IMG/VR virus record: IMGVR_UViG_3300031949_000004 | Span: 94,224 to 158,223 of that record | Strand: one strand, 5' to 3' | Source: a virus | Length of the DNA stretch: 64,000 nt | Shown here: positions 55,101 through 63,589 of the stretch, piece by piece | Layout: each line of letters begins with the position of its first letter | How positions within the stretch are numbered: position 1 is the stretch's first letter | Made by a program: the position numbers and the translations under genes | The notes under the pieces: generated by a model | Databases searched by the model: none | What the model saw: the letters and a program-made list of their open reading frames with translations, nothing else | Told to the model about the DNA's origin: nothing

Positions 55101-56393
55101 TCGATGGAGAAAGCCCAAACCCTGGCCGCGCAAGGAGATCCATTGGGCATGGAAGCCATGGGCAACGTCGTGGCCGTGAAGAACCTCGATCAGATCTCCA
55201 AGGGCAAACCCATGGACAAGGAAATGGCCGAGGCCGTGCAGCTTACGCAGGCGGCTGCCCAGGGCGACGAGGTCGCCGCCGCCAAGCTCAAGAGCAATCT
55301 CGAAGCGGCTAAGACCGGTAACGGCGTTGCCGTCAAGGCCACCGTGGTCGCGGCTGGCGCAATCGCGGTCGCCAAATCCCTGGCCAACAACCCGGTGGCA
55401 CGCGACGAATGGCTCGCCAAGGCAGGGGTCAAACCCGACGAGGCATCCGAGCTGCAAAACACCGATCTATCCTCCCGACCGTCGGGACCGCACCCATTCT
55501 CGTCGCTCGGCCGCGATGAGCTGGCCCCCATCACAGGCCTGTGGTCGCTGGTCGTCGAGTCGTTGCGAGCCCTCACGCTCGCGACCCCCGACCCCGTGGC
55601 CAACTACCGGCAGGGTGTCGCCGCTCGCGCGGCGAGCCGCCGCTTGCTCACTGCTTCCTCGACTACGGGCGATGAACCAGGCAAGCGTCGCCTGTTCCGC
55701 GATCTGGACGACAACGAACCTACGCCACCCAAACCCGAGCCTCCGAAGCCAGGTAAAACCGGCAAGCCAACCAAGAAGAAAGATCCGGAAGCCCCGGCTC
55801 GCGTCAAGTTGGATCCGGAAGAGCAATGGCGCGTTCACGGCAGCAGTTCCGGCAAAGCCGAACGCCCGGTGGTGAACGACAGCGATCAGGCCATCGAGGC
55901 TCTGGCCAAGCAGACCAAGAAACCCGAGATGCAAAAATACATTCTCGGAATCAAGAAGTACGGTCCGCAAGATCCAGAACGCCAGGGCCGCATGCTCTAC
56001 GCCCTTGAAGTCGTACAAATGGAGAAGGTCGCGGGCATGGGCAACGACGATCGCCAAACCAAGCTCCGCGAAAAGATCGCCCAGCTTCGTAAGAAGTCGC
56101 CCCAGACAGACGCCGACAGGCGCGAGCTGGAGCAGGCAACCGAACAGCTCGAACGCGCCGAAGCCATGAGCGGCGAAAGCCTGCCCGACATCGCACGCAA
56201 GAAGCTGGCTGACACGACGGCAGAACGCCTAGCCAAGATCAAGCATGCCGCCGGCAAGGGCGACAAGAACGCCGCCGCGAAGTGGGAGATCGTCAAGAAA
56301 AACCACGCCAGTGCCAAGGCCAAGGCCGCCAAGGGCGACGCCAAGGCCAAAGACTTGCTCGCGGTCCTCGAAGCCACCAAGCTGTTCTCGTGA
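52179..56393 (+). CDS. giant Ala/Lys-rich repeat protein with MNRDE-type N-terminus (tape-measure or internal virion protein candidate)
   Basis: 1404 aa. MNRDEQEANTQNQSRSGVELAREVALG. It has >15 degenerate ~20-aa repeats of the form A[KA]xGDxKA......V..A. It sits directly upstream of a membrane protein and an SLT. Confidence 0.6.
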   Translation: MNRDEQEANTQNQSRSGVELAREVALGALPAEILSAGDAPASPVYVFDVQAAVNKAVSKATASKRIWDRKILGIACQAAQPAVEQGLRQAGKAFTRDELRAAIRLHVKAYVDQFAVTLPRDVILGNTQLEAVAADICGGLNMPWQAFLPPQVQFALAASKAGKPQATSWLKKLFSRGKKASPAPAAPVAASDKTAPASPAPTPAATEAAPASPPPATAGSSDSLGDSELGAWLHKLNPAYWIKSSQEKKFIDAEKQAWIDNAYNLKQQKKKEAVMSQAEKALAAKQASALAYQRTSELEAQLKSIESQVAGAVGPAEIMGSIGPAEIMGKAEIVGTKLDDPFDSKIPEEAAAPVLKKVAKARQLNEANRQDLETISTKLRSGEGLMPDESAKLLILLARNEQLHEFRKSLVSGKLYATSPARAQIQRQVVLGAVKALTPTEQQQLAYMMKLAKQGNPAAIKAIEQLRQQGYSVMGWGISDAFKAVTSPIWKPAKYLGKGLKWTGKKLGIIKGKASPEQVRMARLKSAQKRAQAAQARARAADAQSEAEYRVQQQLASAADAEADAADAEATAKEAQMQTAEAEYIPGQTAETDESGLPPAPPPPASVINAPYAFRGVKPIITPLAATPSPEAAKIKAVKKAILNKKHPKAAKILSKAEEDSPGGMKLRASMKLYAGAKLNPKGPEAQAIRVMAARARKGDKQALADIHAVKLAQIAVKADQKAGRQTAALYAARARKKKVAAVQKKMEIATSNVLIRRSRTHQLAKLAKVERKAAAGDKKCQTFIKQVATKAKAGDPKAKKVAAGLVLAKHVRTSAPTRRERKNLRDAHKLVAKVAKGNRKATAQARVIVAAAKAGNPNAQRARRRMQTAAAVHQTIATGTIVLPAVIATAERQGKKHKQNQQKVAVAETKLARGTASREELQAGAKAAADNGDKTKAGELLAASAAAPSKAESLKKTGAVLAAAANDNPKAQASMEKAQTLAAQGDPLGMEAMGNVVAVKNLDQISKGKPMDKEMAEAVQLTQAAAQGDEVAAAKLKSNLEAAKTGNGVAVKATVVAAGAIAVAKSLANNPVARDEWLAKAGVKPDEASELQNTDLSSRPSGPHPFSSLGRDELAPITGLWSLVVESLRALTLATPDPVANYRQGVAARAASRRLLTASSTTGDEPGKRRLFRDLDDNEPTPPKPEPPKPGKTGKPTKKKDPEAPARVKLDPEEQWRVHGSSSGKAERPVVNDSDQAIEALAKQTKKPEMQKYILGIKKYGPQDPERQGRMLYALEVVQMEKVAGMGNDDRQTKLREKIAQLRKKSPQTDADRRELEQATEQLERAEAMSGESLPDIARKKLADTTAERLAKIKHAAGKGDKNAAAKWEIVKKNHASAKAKAAKGDAKAKDLLAVLEATKLFS

Positions 56394-56402
56394 TGCGAGA
56401 TC

Positions 56403-56660
56403 ATGGGCGCCCTCCTCCTGGCCTTCGGGCTCGTCTCCGGGATCGTCGGCCTGGCATGGAACCAGGCTGACGATCCGACGATCAAACGACTCGTCGCCCA
56501 AAAACGCCTGCACTTCATCGCGGGCAAGCCCGACAGCAAGATCACACTAGATCAAGCCGAGGACGGTTTGGTCCTGGCGCGACATCACGGTAACAAGGCG
56601 CTCGTCATGAGGTTCGGGAAGCTGGTAGCATTGCTCCGAAAGAGGAGGCCCACCCCATGA
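56403..56660 (+). CDS. small membrane protein
   Basis: N-terminal TM MGALLLAFGLVSGIVGLAW. Confidence 0.35.
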   Translation: MGALLLAFGLVSGIVGLAWNQADDPTIKRLVAQKRLHFIAGKPDSKITLDQAEDGLVLARHHGNKALVMRFGKLVALLRKRRPTP

Positions 56661-57292
56661 ACCTACTCCCCATTCTCATCAGCTTGCCCCTGGCGCTCGC
56701 CACCATGCTCGCCTGTTCCCCGCCAGCCCTGGCCTCCATGTCCCCGGCGCCGGTCATGAGCCTCACCCCGCTCATGAGCCTCGCACCACCAGCAAAGCGG
56801 CCAAAGTGCCCGGAAGGCCGGCAACCCGAGCTGGTGGTCAAGCTCTCCAAGAAGTGGTCCAAGGTCTTCCACATCCCGAAATCGTGGATCCGCTCCCAGG
56901 CATACGTCGAAACCCAAGACAGACCCAATGCCGTCAATCCCGTCACGGGCGCCATGGGCGTCATGCAGATCATGCCCCGGACTTACGAATGGCTCCTGCC
57001 GAGCCTCAAGAAAACCAAGCTCGCAAAGAGCAAGCTCGTCAAGGAAACCCTGCTCCTCGACACCGGCAACCCGAACGATCTCATGCATCCCGATCTCAAC
57101 ATCATGATGGCGTCCTATCTCATGGTGATCTTGAAACGGAAGTTCGGGAACGATCATACCAACGTCGCCGCCGCCTACGACGCCGGCCACGTCCGCATCG
57201 CCAAGTGCCTCGACGAGGGCACGGCCTTCCCCGCCCAGGTCCAAGAATACCTCGCCCGCGTCGAGGCCGCCAAGCGACGAGGATTCATGTAA
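56657..57292 (+). CDS. lytic transglycosylase (SLT domain) with signal peptide / possible lipobox
   Basis: ATGA overlap. YVETQDRPNAVNPVTGAMGVMQIMPRTYEWL is an SLT motif. Signal peptide ...ATMLACS. Confidence 0.7.
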   Translation: MNLLPILISLPLALATMLACSPPALASMSPAPVMSLTPLMSLAPPAKRPKCPEGRQPELVVKLSKKWSKVFHIPKSWIRSQAYVETQDRPNAVNPVTGAMGVMQIMPRTYEWLLPSLKKTKLAKSKLVKETLLLDTGNPNDLMHPDLNIMMASYLMVILKRKFGNDHTNVAAAYDAGHVRIAKCLDEGTAFPAQVQEYLARVEAAKRRGFM

Positions 57293-57302
57293 AGGTTAAC
57301 CC

Positions 57303-57575
57303 ATGAAACACTCAAAAATCCCGAGTGCAAATGACGTGGAAACACTCGCACAGAAATGTGCTCGCGAGCTTGCCGAGAACATCAGACAGCAAGCCGAACA
57401 GCGACCAATCGCACTACCACTCGAAGACAAAGACATCCAACACCTGCTTGATGCAACAATCGAAGATTTGCGGCGCGCGGGCAAGATCTCTTGGTTTGGG
57501 ATCTCAACAGATCGTCGTCAGATCTTCGTCGACGCTTGGACCCGCGAAATGACTCGACAAGGGATCAGAAATTGA
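57303..57575 (+). CDS. hypothetical protein
   Basis: 90-aa ORF. Confidence 0.35.
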   Translation: MKHSKIPSANDVETLAQKCARELAENIRQQAEQRPIALPLEDKDIQHLLDATIEDLRRAGKISWFGISTDRRQIFVDAWTREMTRQGIRN

Positions 57576-57615
57576 TCTCGCAGTGAAGCAACGGACGAAC
57601 CCAAGGAGTAACAAC

Positions 57616-57996
57616 ATGTCCGACGGCACGCCGATCCCCATCAACCCCAGCCAGGAAGTCACCCAGAACTACCGACCTGGCGCCGCGCCGAGCCTCCCCG
57701 CCAACAACCCCTGGAAGCTGCTCGCACTCTTCCTGAGCATGGTCATCGCGGGCGGAACCATCATCTCCGTCATGGGCAAGGCATTCTACGTCACGCGCGC
57801 CGAATACACCGAGCGCGTGCAGAAGGATGCCATCGAGCAGACAACCCTCAAGCAGACGCTCGACAACGTGCGCATCGCCCTCGACAACCAGAAGACGGAA
57901 TTCAAGGATCAGAAAACGGAATTCAAGGCACTCTCCGACAGCGTTTACGTCCTCAAGTACGAGCTGGCCAAGGAAGGGAGCCGCAACCAGCGATGA
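57616..57996 (+). CDS. single-TM protein with periplasmic coiled-coil (holin or i-spanin candidate)
   Basis: RBS CAAGGAG. TM LLALFLSMVIAGGTIISVM followed by a coiled-coil. Confidence 0.45.
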   Translation: MSDGTPIPINPSQEVTQNYRPGAAPSLPANNPWKLLALFLSMVIAGGTIISVMGKAFYVTRAEYTERVQKDAIEQTTLKQTLDNVRIALDNQKTEFKDQKTEFKALSDSVYVLKYELAKEGSRNQR

Positions 57997-58490
57997 AAAC
58001 CATGAACAATCGTGATCTGGCGCTCGCCATCGCCATGATAGCAATCGGCACGGCACTCTACTTCGTCATCATGGCATCCCTAGAGATGCCGCTGCGATGG
58101 ATCGTGCTGGCCGTCTTCCTCAGCGGCGTCCTCCTCGTGCTCGGCGGCTCCGTCAGGAAAGCCTGGAAACAACGCAAGCTCATGGCCATCCGGCACACCC
58201 TGATCGTGGAAGAGCACAACCACGGCGAGGTTACCTTCGCCCCCGAGCAAAAACTCCAGAGCCCTACCCTCTACCTATGGGCAAACCGTCCCGGCATCAC
58301 GGTCATCGAGGTGTGGTTCGCCGGCATCGGCACCCTGCTCACTTTGCGCAGCCTCGACTACTGGAGGGACGGCGTCACCTACGAAGGGATCCTCGATTCC
58401 CGAAACAGCTTGCGGCTGCTCATGCGAAACGACAACAGCTTCCCCACAACCGTTCGCGCGAAGATCATCGCGACCAAGGAAAAGAGATAG
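57993..58490 (+). CDS. two-TM membrane protein (holin-like candidate)
   Basis: ATGA overlap. TMs LALAIAMIAIGTALYFVIM and WIVLAVFLSGVLLVLGG. Confidence 0.45.
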   Translation: MKTMNNRDLALAIAMIAIGTALYFVIMASLEMPLRWIVLAVFLSGVLLVLGGSVRKAWKQRKLMAIRHTLIVEEHNHGEVTFAPEQKLQSPTLYLWANRPGITVIEVWFAGIGTLLTLRSLDYWRDGVTYEGILDSRNSLRLLMRNDNSFPTTVRAKIIATKEKR

Positions 58491-58492
58491 CC

Positions 58493-59509
58493 ATGGCACA
58501 GATGGATCCCAAAAACCTGCTCATGCAACAACAGCAAGCCGAACGAGATGCGGCCCTTCGTTCGGGCAAAATCGGCCCCAAGATGCTAGACGATTCCGAC
58601 AACAACATCGGCAACGGAGAAACACTCAATCCCAACGCCTTGAGCGCCGGACTTCTTTACTCGACAACACCTCCAGCCTATAGAGCCAGACTTCTCAACC
58701 TGACCGGCTCATCAAGATATGGACAATCAATAACCGTTGTCTTCACCGCAGCACGTGTCTCCAACCAACAGGGATTTGTTGGTCCTGTTACTGGAATCAT
58801 CGAGTTTGGAAACGGATCCCTGGCAACAGTGATAGAAATTGACATTCCCGTTGGACCGTACACCGGGGATTTTGCCATCGTGTCCCCAGCCACACAACCA
58901 CAGGATTCCGGCGCAGTCATTCAAGTGCCTACCGGGACGCTTCGTGCCTTCACCCGATACGACAACACACTGATCACACCAACGCTTCAAGGATACGCCT
59001 GGGGTGCACTAGGATCCCCGAACCCGTTACCTGCGGGAGCAGGTCCGTTCGCGCCAGCCTACAACACATCACCACTTTTGCGACCAATCGGCTCCGTGCA
59101 AACCAAAGCCTTCGCTGCCTACTTCGGACGCCACTACTCCAGGGCATACAAAACACAATACCTGTTCCTGGGCAATGGTGGTGGTGCTGCTCAAATCTTC
59201 ACCGCAGCACCGATACCACCAGCCATAGCCCCCACGGCTGTATACTACTGCATCCCTCCCTTTGCCAAAAACGTGCGCCTGGTCCGCTTTCCCGAAACCT
59301 CAAGCATGACCATTCAGGTTTTAGGACAAGAAGTCCTGGGCAGCGCAGCAGCGATAGCCGTGCCGTTCATCGAGGCACACGTCGTCCCAGCAGGACCGAT
59401 GATCAACCCCATCGTTCTCGATGGGCACAGCAACATCGTAGGTGTTTCAAGCACAGCGGTCGGCGACATCGTTTGGGCGGTCAAACTGATCTACGAAATC
59501 GGATTCTAG
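58493..59509 (+). CDS. hypothetical protein
   Basis: 338 aa. Start lies 3 nt after the upstream stop. Confidence 0.45.
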   Translation: MAQMDPKNLLMQQQQAERDAALRSGKIGPKMLDDSDNNIGNGETLNPNALSAGLLYSTTPPAYRARLLNLTGSSRYGQSITVVFTAARVSNQQGFVGPVTGIIEFGNGSLATVIEIDIPVGPYTGDFAIVSPATQPQDSGAVIQVPTGTLRAFTRYDNTLITPTLQGYAWGALGSPNPLPAGAGPFAPAYNTSPLLRPIGSVQTKAFAAYFGRHYSRAYKTQYLFLGNGGGAAQIFTAAPIPPAIAPTAVYYCIPPFAKNVRLVRFPETSSMTIQVLGQEVLGSAAAIAVPFIEAHVVPAGPMINPIVLDGHSNIVGVSSTAVGDIVWAVKLIYEIGF

Positions 59510-59514
59510 TGATC

Positions 59515-60243
59515 TCAGTTCTCACATACTCCCGAACCAGACCACGAAGCAACAAATGTTGCCGTGTTCAACCTGCAAACATGTCCCCCACCTTGATCAG
59601 ATCGATAGGAGTAGTAAGCCGTGCGCTCCCATACCAAAACCGTGTTTGGACCATAGGAGGCATTAACACACCATTTCACAGCATCGCACAGACCATTGAT
59701 ATGGGTGGTGACCATCGGGAAACAGGTGTTGGTTGTGGGATTCCAGCCACAGTTCGTATCCGCAAGTCCAGCCGCAACTCGACACTCGGGATGCAGATCA
59801 GCGTTCGTACAGGGATTCAACCCCAGATTTGTGGTTACGCCTGCCGGTCCAAAACCTTGAGCATCAGCCCCGCCAGTGTAAACCGCTCCCTTGCTGTCGC
59901 TGTGCAGAACATCCGTGCTGACCTGCGTGTCGAGGAGACCGGCGTCCGGGGCCAGGTCGCCGCTACCACCATCGCAACCCGCCAGGGACATGGCCGTACA
60001 GATCGCGATCGCCAGGAGATCCGAAACCCGCGCATCGACCACACTCGCGCTCCCCAGGTCGGCGATCTGCGTGTCGTCGGCCGCATCGTCCCGCACGCCT
60101 GGTCCTCGCCCCACACCTCGGGCAGCCAGATCTTCGCGCCCAGACGATCCCGCGTCCAGAGCTACGTTCACGGGTACCCCTTCAGCCGCGCAACCGGAAA
60201 TTGCCAGAACCGCAACGGAAGCCTTGAGATTCGTCATGACCAT
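59515..60243 (-). CDS. Cys-rich lipoprotein
   Basis: MVMTNLKASVAVLAISGC is a signal peptide plus lipobox. Convergent with 58493-59509. Confidence 0.45.
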   Translation of the reverse strand: MVMTNLKASVAVLAISGCAAEGVPVNVALDAGSSGREDLAARGVGRGPGVRDDAADDTQIADLGSASVVDARVSDLLAIAICTAMSLAGCDGGSGDLAPDAGLLDTQVSTDVLHSDSKGAVYTGGADAQGFGPAGVTTNLGLNPCTNADLHPECRVAAGLADTNCGWNPTTNTCFPMVTTHINGLCDAVKWCVNASYGPNTVLVWERTAYYSYRSDQGGGHVCRLNTATFVASWSGSGVCEN

Positions 60244-60255
60244 ACCTGCCTTTCT

Positions 60256-60396
60256 TCACACTAGATGAACGTTCAAGAGAAATATCACGGCGAAAAGAGA
60301 CTTGAGAATCAGGGGAAGGTATCGCATGGCCGAGAACAACACGAAAAACAAGAACACCGCCCCGAGGGTCAGAGCCGAGTTCTTCATCCAAGCCAT
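60256..60396 (-). CDS. small hydrophobic protein (46 aa), speculative
   Basis: MAWMKNSALTLGAVFLFFVLFSAMRYLP. AT-richer region. GAGAAGAGAAGTCA direct repeats upstream. Confidence 0.2.
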   Translation of the reverse strand: MAWMKNSALTLGAVFLFFVLFSAMRYLPLILKSLFAVIFLLNVHLV

Positions 60397-60536
60397 CGAA
60401 TGACTTCTCTTCTCTTCCGTGACTTCTCTTCTCTCCACACCAATAAAGTACCACATCTTTCCAGGGAAATCAACAAAGAGGTGACAAGCCGCGTCTAATA
60501 CTACTCCGGTAAGTCATTTCCCCGAGGACAAAGCAA

Positions 60537-60791
60537 ATGGCACAGGACATCATTTTCGGTCGAACCAGAGCGAACTGGAGCCGCTCGTCGAGCCTCTCGG
60601 GCATGGGCTCGGTGATCCTTTCGACCAAGGAGCAGGCCCGCATGCTCGACAAGGTAGACGACGTTCGCTACGACGTACGCAAAGCCAGCGGCAGGGTAGC
60701 CATCGCGCTCGGGTGTCTGGCGGCCTCCGTCGGCATGTTCTCCGTCGCGAGCATCTTTCGCACCTCGCGTCTCCCTCCCCGCTCACCATGA
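60537..60791 (+). CDS. hypothetical protein with C-terminal TM
   Basis: 84-aa ORF. Confidence 0.3.
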   Translation: MAQDIIFGRTRANWSRSSSLSGMGSVILSTKEQARMLDKVDDVRYDVRKASGRVAIALGCLAASVGMFSVASIFRTSRLPPRSP

Positions 60792-60814
60792 CAATGCTTC
60801 CCCATCACAACAAC

Positions 60815-61297
60815 TCACCTGCCGGAATCATAACGACGATTGGCGGCTAACGTGGCTTTCAAAGTGGGAAGATGCGCGCGATCTTTGGCACGATTGGCTG
60901 CTCGCTTGCTGGCGATAACCCTGTCAAGAGGCAAGACCTTGAGAAGCAAACCTTCCACATCCATCTCAACGGCGTCCTCGTATTCTCGTGCAAAAGACTT
61001 CAAGCCGCTGCACGATCTGACAATATCGATCCTTTCCAGCTTTTCCCCTGTCAGCACCGGAGAATCCGCGCGCCACGCAAACATGCTACCCACAGCACGT
61101 GCCGCCTGGTCCAATACCCCATCAGAAGTTGATTCAAACCAGAGATCGATGTCCTGGGTGCCGATATTGGCACCCTGCAAATCGGCCGCCGACATGCCCA
61201 CAACCATGAACCGGGAGCCATTCTCGATCAAAATGCGCAGGAAATCGTGCTCTTCATCCGTGAGCGGCGTGTCCTTTATGAGTGGCGAGCGAGACAT
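60815..61297 (-). CDS. nucleotidyltransferase (DUF6036/AbiEii-like core)
   Basis: FMVVGMSAADLQGANIGTQDIDLWF. Overlaps the upstream partner gene by 22 nt. Confidence 0.5.
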   Translation of the reverse strand: MSRSPLIKDTPLTDEEHDFLRILIENGSRFMVVGMSAADLQGANIGTQDIDLWFESTSDGVLDQAARAVGSMFAWRADSPVLTGEKLERIDIVRSCSGLKSFAREYEDAVEMDVEGLLLKVLPLDRVIASKRAANRAKDRAHLPTLKATLAANRRYDSGR

Positions 61298-61572
61298 CTC
61301 GACAACCTTTCTGCTGGCGTCAACGTCAAACTGTAAAGCGAGTGCTCGACATCGCCAGCATCCACCCGGAAACGCGCTGCCACTTCTCCGGCAACCTTAC
61401 AACGATATACACGATCAGCACGCAACCGTCGCCTTGAATCCCATCGCGCAGCAATGGCCTTACGCGCAATCTCCCTGCGCCGCTCGCTGGAAAGCAAAGC
61501 AGCCCTTGCCGGTCCTCCCCGGAGTCCTCCCAAGCGGCCCAAAGCCACGGCATTGGCATTCTTCATGCCCAC
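61276..61572 (-). CDS. small basic partner protein of the NTase (antitoxin-like)
   Basis: GRLGGLRGGPARAALLSSERRREIARKAIAARW. Forms an operon with 60815-61297. Confidence 0.45.
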   Translation of the reverse strand: MGMKNANAVALGRLGGLRGGPARAALLSSERRREIARKAIAARWDSRRRLRADRVYRCKVAGEVAARFRVDAGDVEHSLYSLTLTPAERLSRCLARHS

Positions 61573-61664
61573 AAACTACCTCATCCATCTTGAGCGGTCA
61601 AGTATCTTGCACACCCAACAAACAACGACCCAACCGACCGAACTATATAAAATCACAAGACAAT

Positions 61665-62171
61665 ATGGTGTACGTTCAAAGATTGACGATCACATCAAAA
61701 CAGCGTACATTCAAGACCATGCAAACTATGTGCGCCACCCACCTCCGAAAGAAACTCTTCGACACGCTCGCTCGGATTGCGGAAAACCGCGAGCCCGTGG
61801 AAATCACCATCGACAATCGCTCCATCGCCGCCCTCGTCCCTTCCACGGGACTTCCCCCAACCAGACGCAAGCCACTCCTCGATCTCGACGCCATCTCGGC
61901 ATTCTGCCGCAAGCATCAAGTAAAGAGCTTCGCCCTCTTCGGATCCATCCTGCGCGACGACTTCAACGAAGAGAGCGATGTGGATGTGCTCCTCGATGTC
62001 GATGGCCGGAGTCTCGAATTCCACGAATCGTGCTCCATGATCGACGAATTGGAGACCATGTTCGGTCGCAAAGTCGACATGGCCACGGATTCCGATCTCA
62101 AACGCGCCAATCGTTACCGCCGGGAATCCATCCAATCCGCCAGCCAGGAGATTTATCGTGTCACCGCGTGA
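61665..62171 (+). CDS. minimal nucleotidyltransferase (MNT) with Phd/YefM-like N-terminal extension
   Basis: LFGSILRDDFNEESDVDVLLD is a GS...DxD motif. The N-terminus RKKLFDTLARIAENREPVEITIDNRSIAALVP is Phd-like. An alternative start lies at 61719. Confidence 0.6.
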   Translation: MVYVQRLTITSKQRTFKTMQTMCATHLRKKLFDTLARIAENREPVEITIDNRSIAALVPSTGLPPTRRKPLLDLDAISAFCRKHQVKSFALFGSILRDDFNEESDVDVLLDVDGRSLEFHESCSMIDELETMFGRKVDMATDSDLKRANRYRRESIQSASQEIYRVTA

Positions 62172-62502
62172 AGGAGGAGATCTCGCGTGGATCTCCGACA
62201 TCCTGGAAGCAGCAGCCGCCATCATCAACGGTACCAACGGTCTGCGGCTTACGGAGTTCATAGGCTTACCCCAACTCACATACGCCGGAATCCTCCTGAA
62301 GCTCCAGATCATCGGCGAAGCATCGAAGAACCTCACGGCCAAAACAAAGACCAAGTACCCAGATATCAAATGGTCAAACCTAGCAAAGCTGCGCGACTTC
62401 ATCGCCCATCATTACTGGCGAGCAGATCACGTGCTGATCTGGAACCTCATCCAGAAAGAACTGCCGACCCTAATCGACAAATTGCAGATCCCCGACGAAT
62501 GA
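62158..62502 (+). CDS. HepT/DUF86 HEPN-domain toxin
   Basis: LQIIGEASKNL...KWSNLAKLRDFIAHHYWRADHVLIW contains the R-x4-6-H HEPN motif. The GTG start overlaps the MNT stop by 14 nt, with AGGAG upstream. Confidence 0.7.
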   Translation: MSPREGGDLAWISDILEAAAAIINGTNGLRLTEFIGLPQLTYAGILLKLQIIGEASKNLTAKTKTKYPDIKWSNLAKLRDFIAHHYWRADHVLIWNLIQKELPTLIDKLQIPDE

Positions 62503-62515
62503 AACGGTGACCACC

Positions 62516-63079
62516 ATGGCATACGATCTCCTTTTTCGCCGCGAGACCGACTCGGACTACTCCATCCACCCCGAGGGCACCGAACCCACCACGCAACCTC
62601 TACCCATCGAATTCTCAGCCGTCGAGCGCAAGACCCTGGCACAGCTCGAACCCGCCACCCGCGTCTTCGCAATCAACGTGATCGGGTGGGCACGCAGCAA
62701 GGGCATCAAGGCTCGCCTCACTTCCACCGCCATCTACACCACTGAAGACGTCGCCAAACACCACAAGGAAGGTCGCAGCAGCATCGCGCCTGGCCGCTTA
62801 TCCTGGCACAGCGTCGGTCGCGCCTTCCACATCACCTTGCCCAAGCTGCCTCCCTACAACAAGATCGACGAGGAGTCGTACAAGCGCATCGGTGCCTATG
62901 CACGCAGCCAGGGCGGCGAATGGCTCGGCGACAAGCCCATCCGCACCACCAAAGGGATCGTCTACGACACCGCGCACTTCGAGTACCACCCAGGATTCGA
63001 CATCGCCACCTACCGCCAGTTGCCGCTCGCCGCCGCCGAGATGAAAGCTGCGCTACAGCGCCGCAAGCTCTACGGCTAG
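62516..63079 (+). CDS. MAYDLL-family protein with LAS/M15-like peptidase motifs (endolysin or virion peptidase candidate)
   Basis: SWHSVGRAFHI parallels SxHxxGxAxD, and DTAHFEYH parallels DxxH. The MAYDLLFRR N-terminus is shared with four other proteins. Confidence 0.4.
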   Translation: MAYDLLFRRETDSDYSIHPEGTEPTTQPLPIEFSAVERKTLAQLEPATRVFAINVIGWARSKGIKARLTSTAIYTTEDVAKHHKEGRSSIAPGRLSWHSVGRAFHITLPKLPPYNKIDEESYKRIGAYARSQGGEWLGDKPIRTTKGIVYDTAHFEYHPGFDIATYRQLPLAAAEMKAALQRRKLYG

Positions 63080-63092
63080 AAAGGATCCTCGC

Positions 63093-63563
63093 ATGGCCTA
63101 CGATCTCCTCTCCGGCAAGGTGACATCCGCCAACTTCGCCCTGTCCGGCATCGGCGACGACGATCCGCTCCTCTGGACCTCGGCTTCCGCCAAGGCCGAG
63201 TTTGCACGCATTCGCACCATGCTCGACACCGTCAACCTCGAAATGACCCAGGCCGTGAAAGATCAGAAGATCTCCAGCGACGAGTGGAAGCAATGGTTCT
63301 CGCTCTACAAGACCGGACACAAGCTCACCAGCCAATCGACCTGGTTCTCTGTCTCCAAAGGCGACATCATCGTGGCCCGCAAAATCGAACAGAACGCCAA
63401 AGGCTGGCATGATCTCGTGCAGTCCCGAGGTGGCAAGGGCATCGGCCCCAAGGGACAGTTCCGCAAGGACGAGCCAACCGGCGGCAGTTGGTTCTGGCCG
63501 ATCGTCGGTGGCACCCTGCTCGTCGGCGCGGGCCTCATGGTCACCAAGAAAGTCATCAAGTGA
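63093..63563 (+). CDS. MAYDLL-family protein with C-terminal TM (holin/spanin-like)
   Basis: MAYDLLSGKVTSANFA...SWFWPIVGGTLLVGAGLMVTKKVIK. Paralogue of 30070-30264. Confidence 0.45.
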   Translation: MAYDLLSGKVTSANFALSGIGDDDPLLWTSASAKAEFARIRTMLDTVNLEMTQAVKDQKISSDEWKQWFSLYKTGHKLTSQSTWFSVSKGDIIVARKIEQNAKGWHDLVQSRGGKGIGPKGQFRKDEPTGGSWFWPIVGGTLLVGAGLMVTKKVIK

Positions 63564-63589
63564 TCCACCAGATCCAAGGTCAACAAACC

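Noticed and set aside
60396-60460. Direct repeats TGACTTCTCTTCTCT x2 upstream of a tiny hydrophobic ORF.
   Set aside because: The repeats are short and low-complexity. They could be chance in an AT-richer intergenic stretch. I kept the ORF only as a low-confidence feature.
62187-62510. 107-aa alternative-frame ORF overlapping hepT.
   Set aside because: The HepT frame, with GTG at 62158, shows the conserved HEPN motif. The alternative frame is Arg/Pro/His-rich junk.
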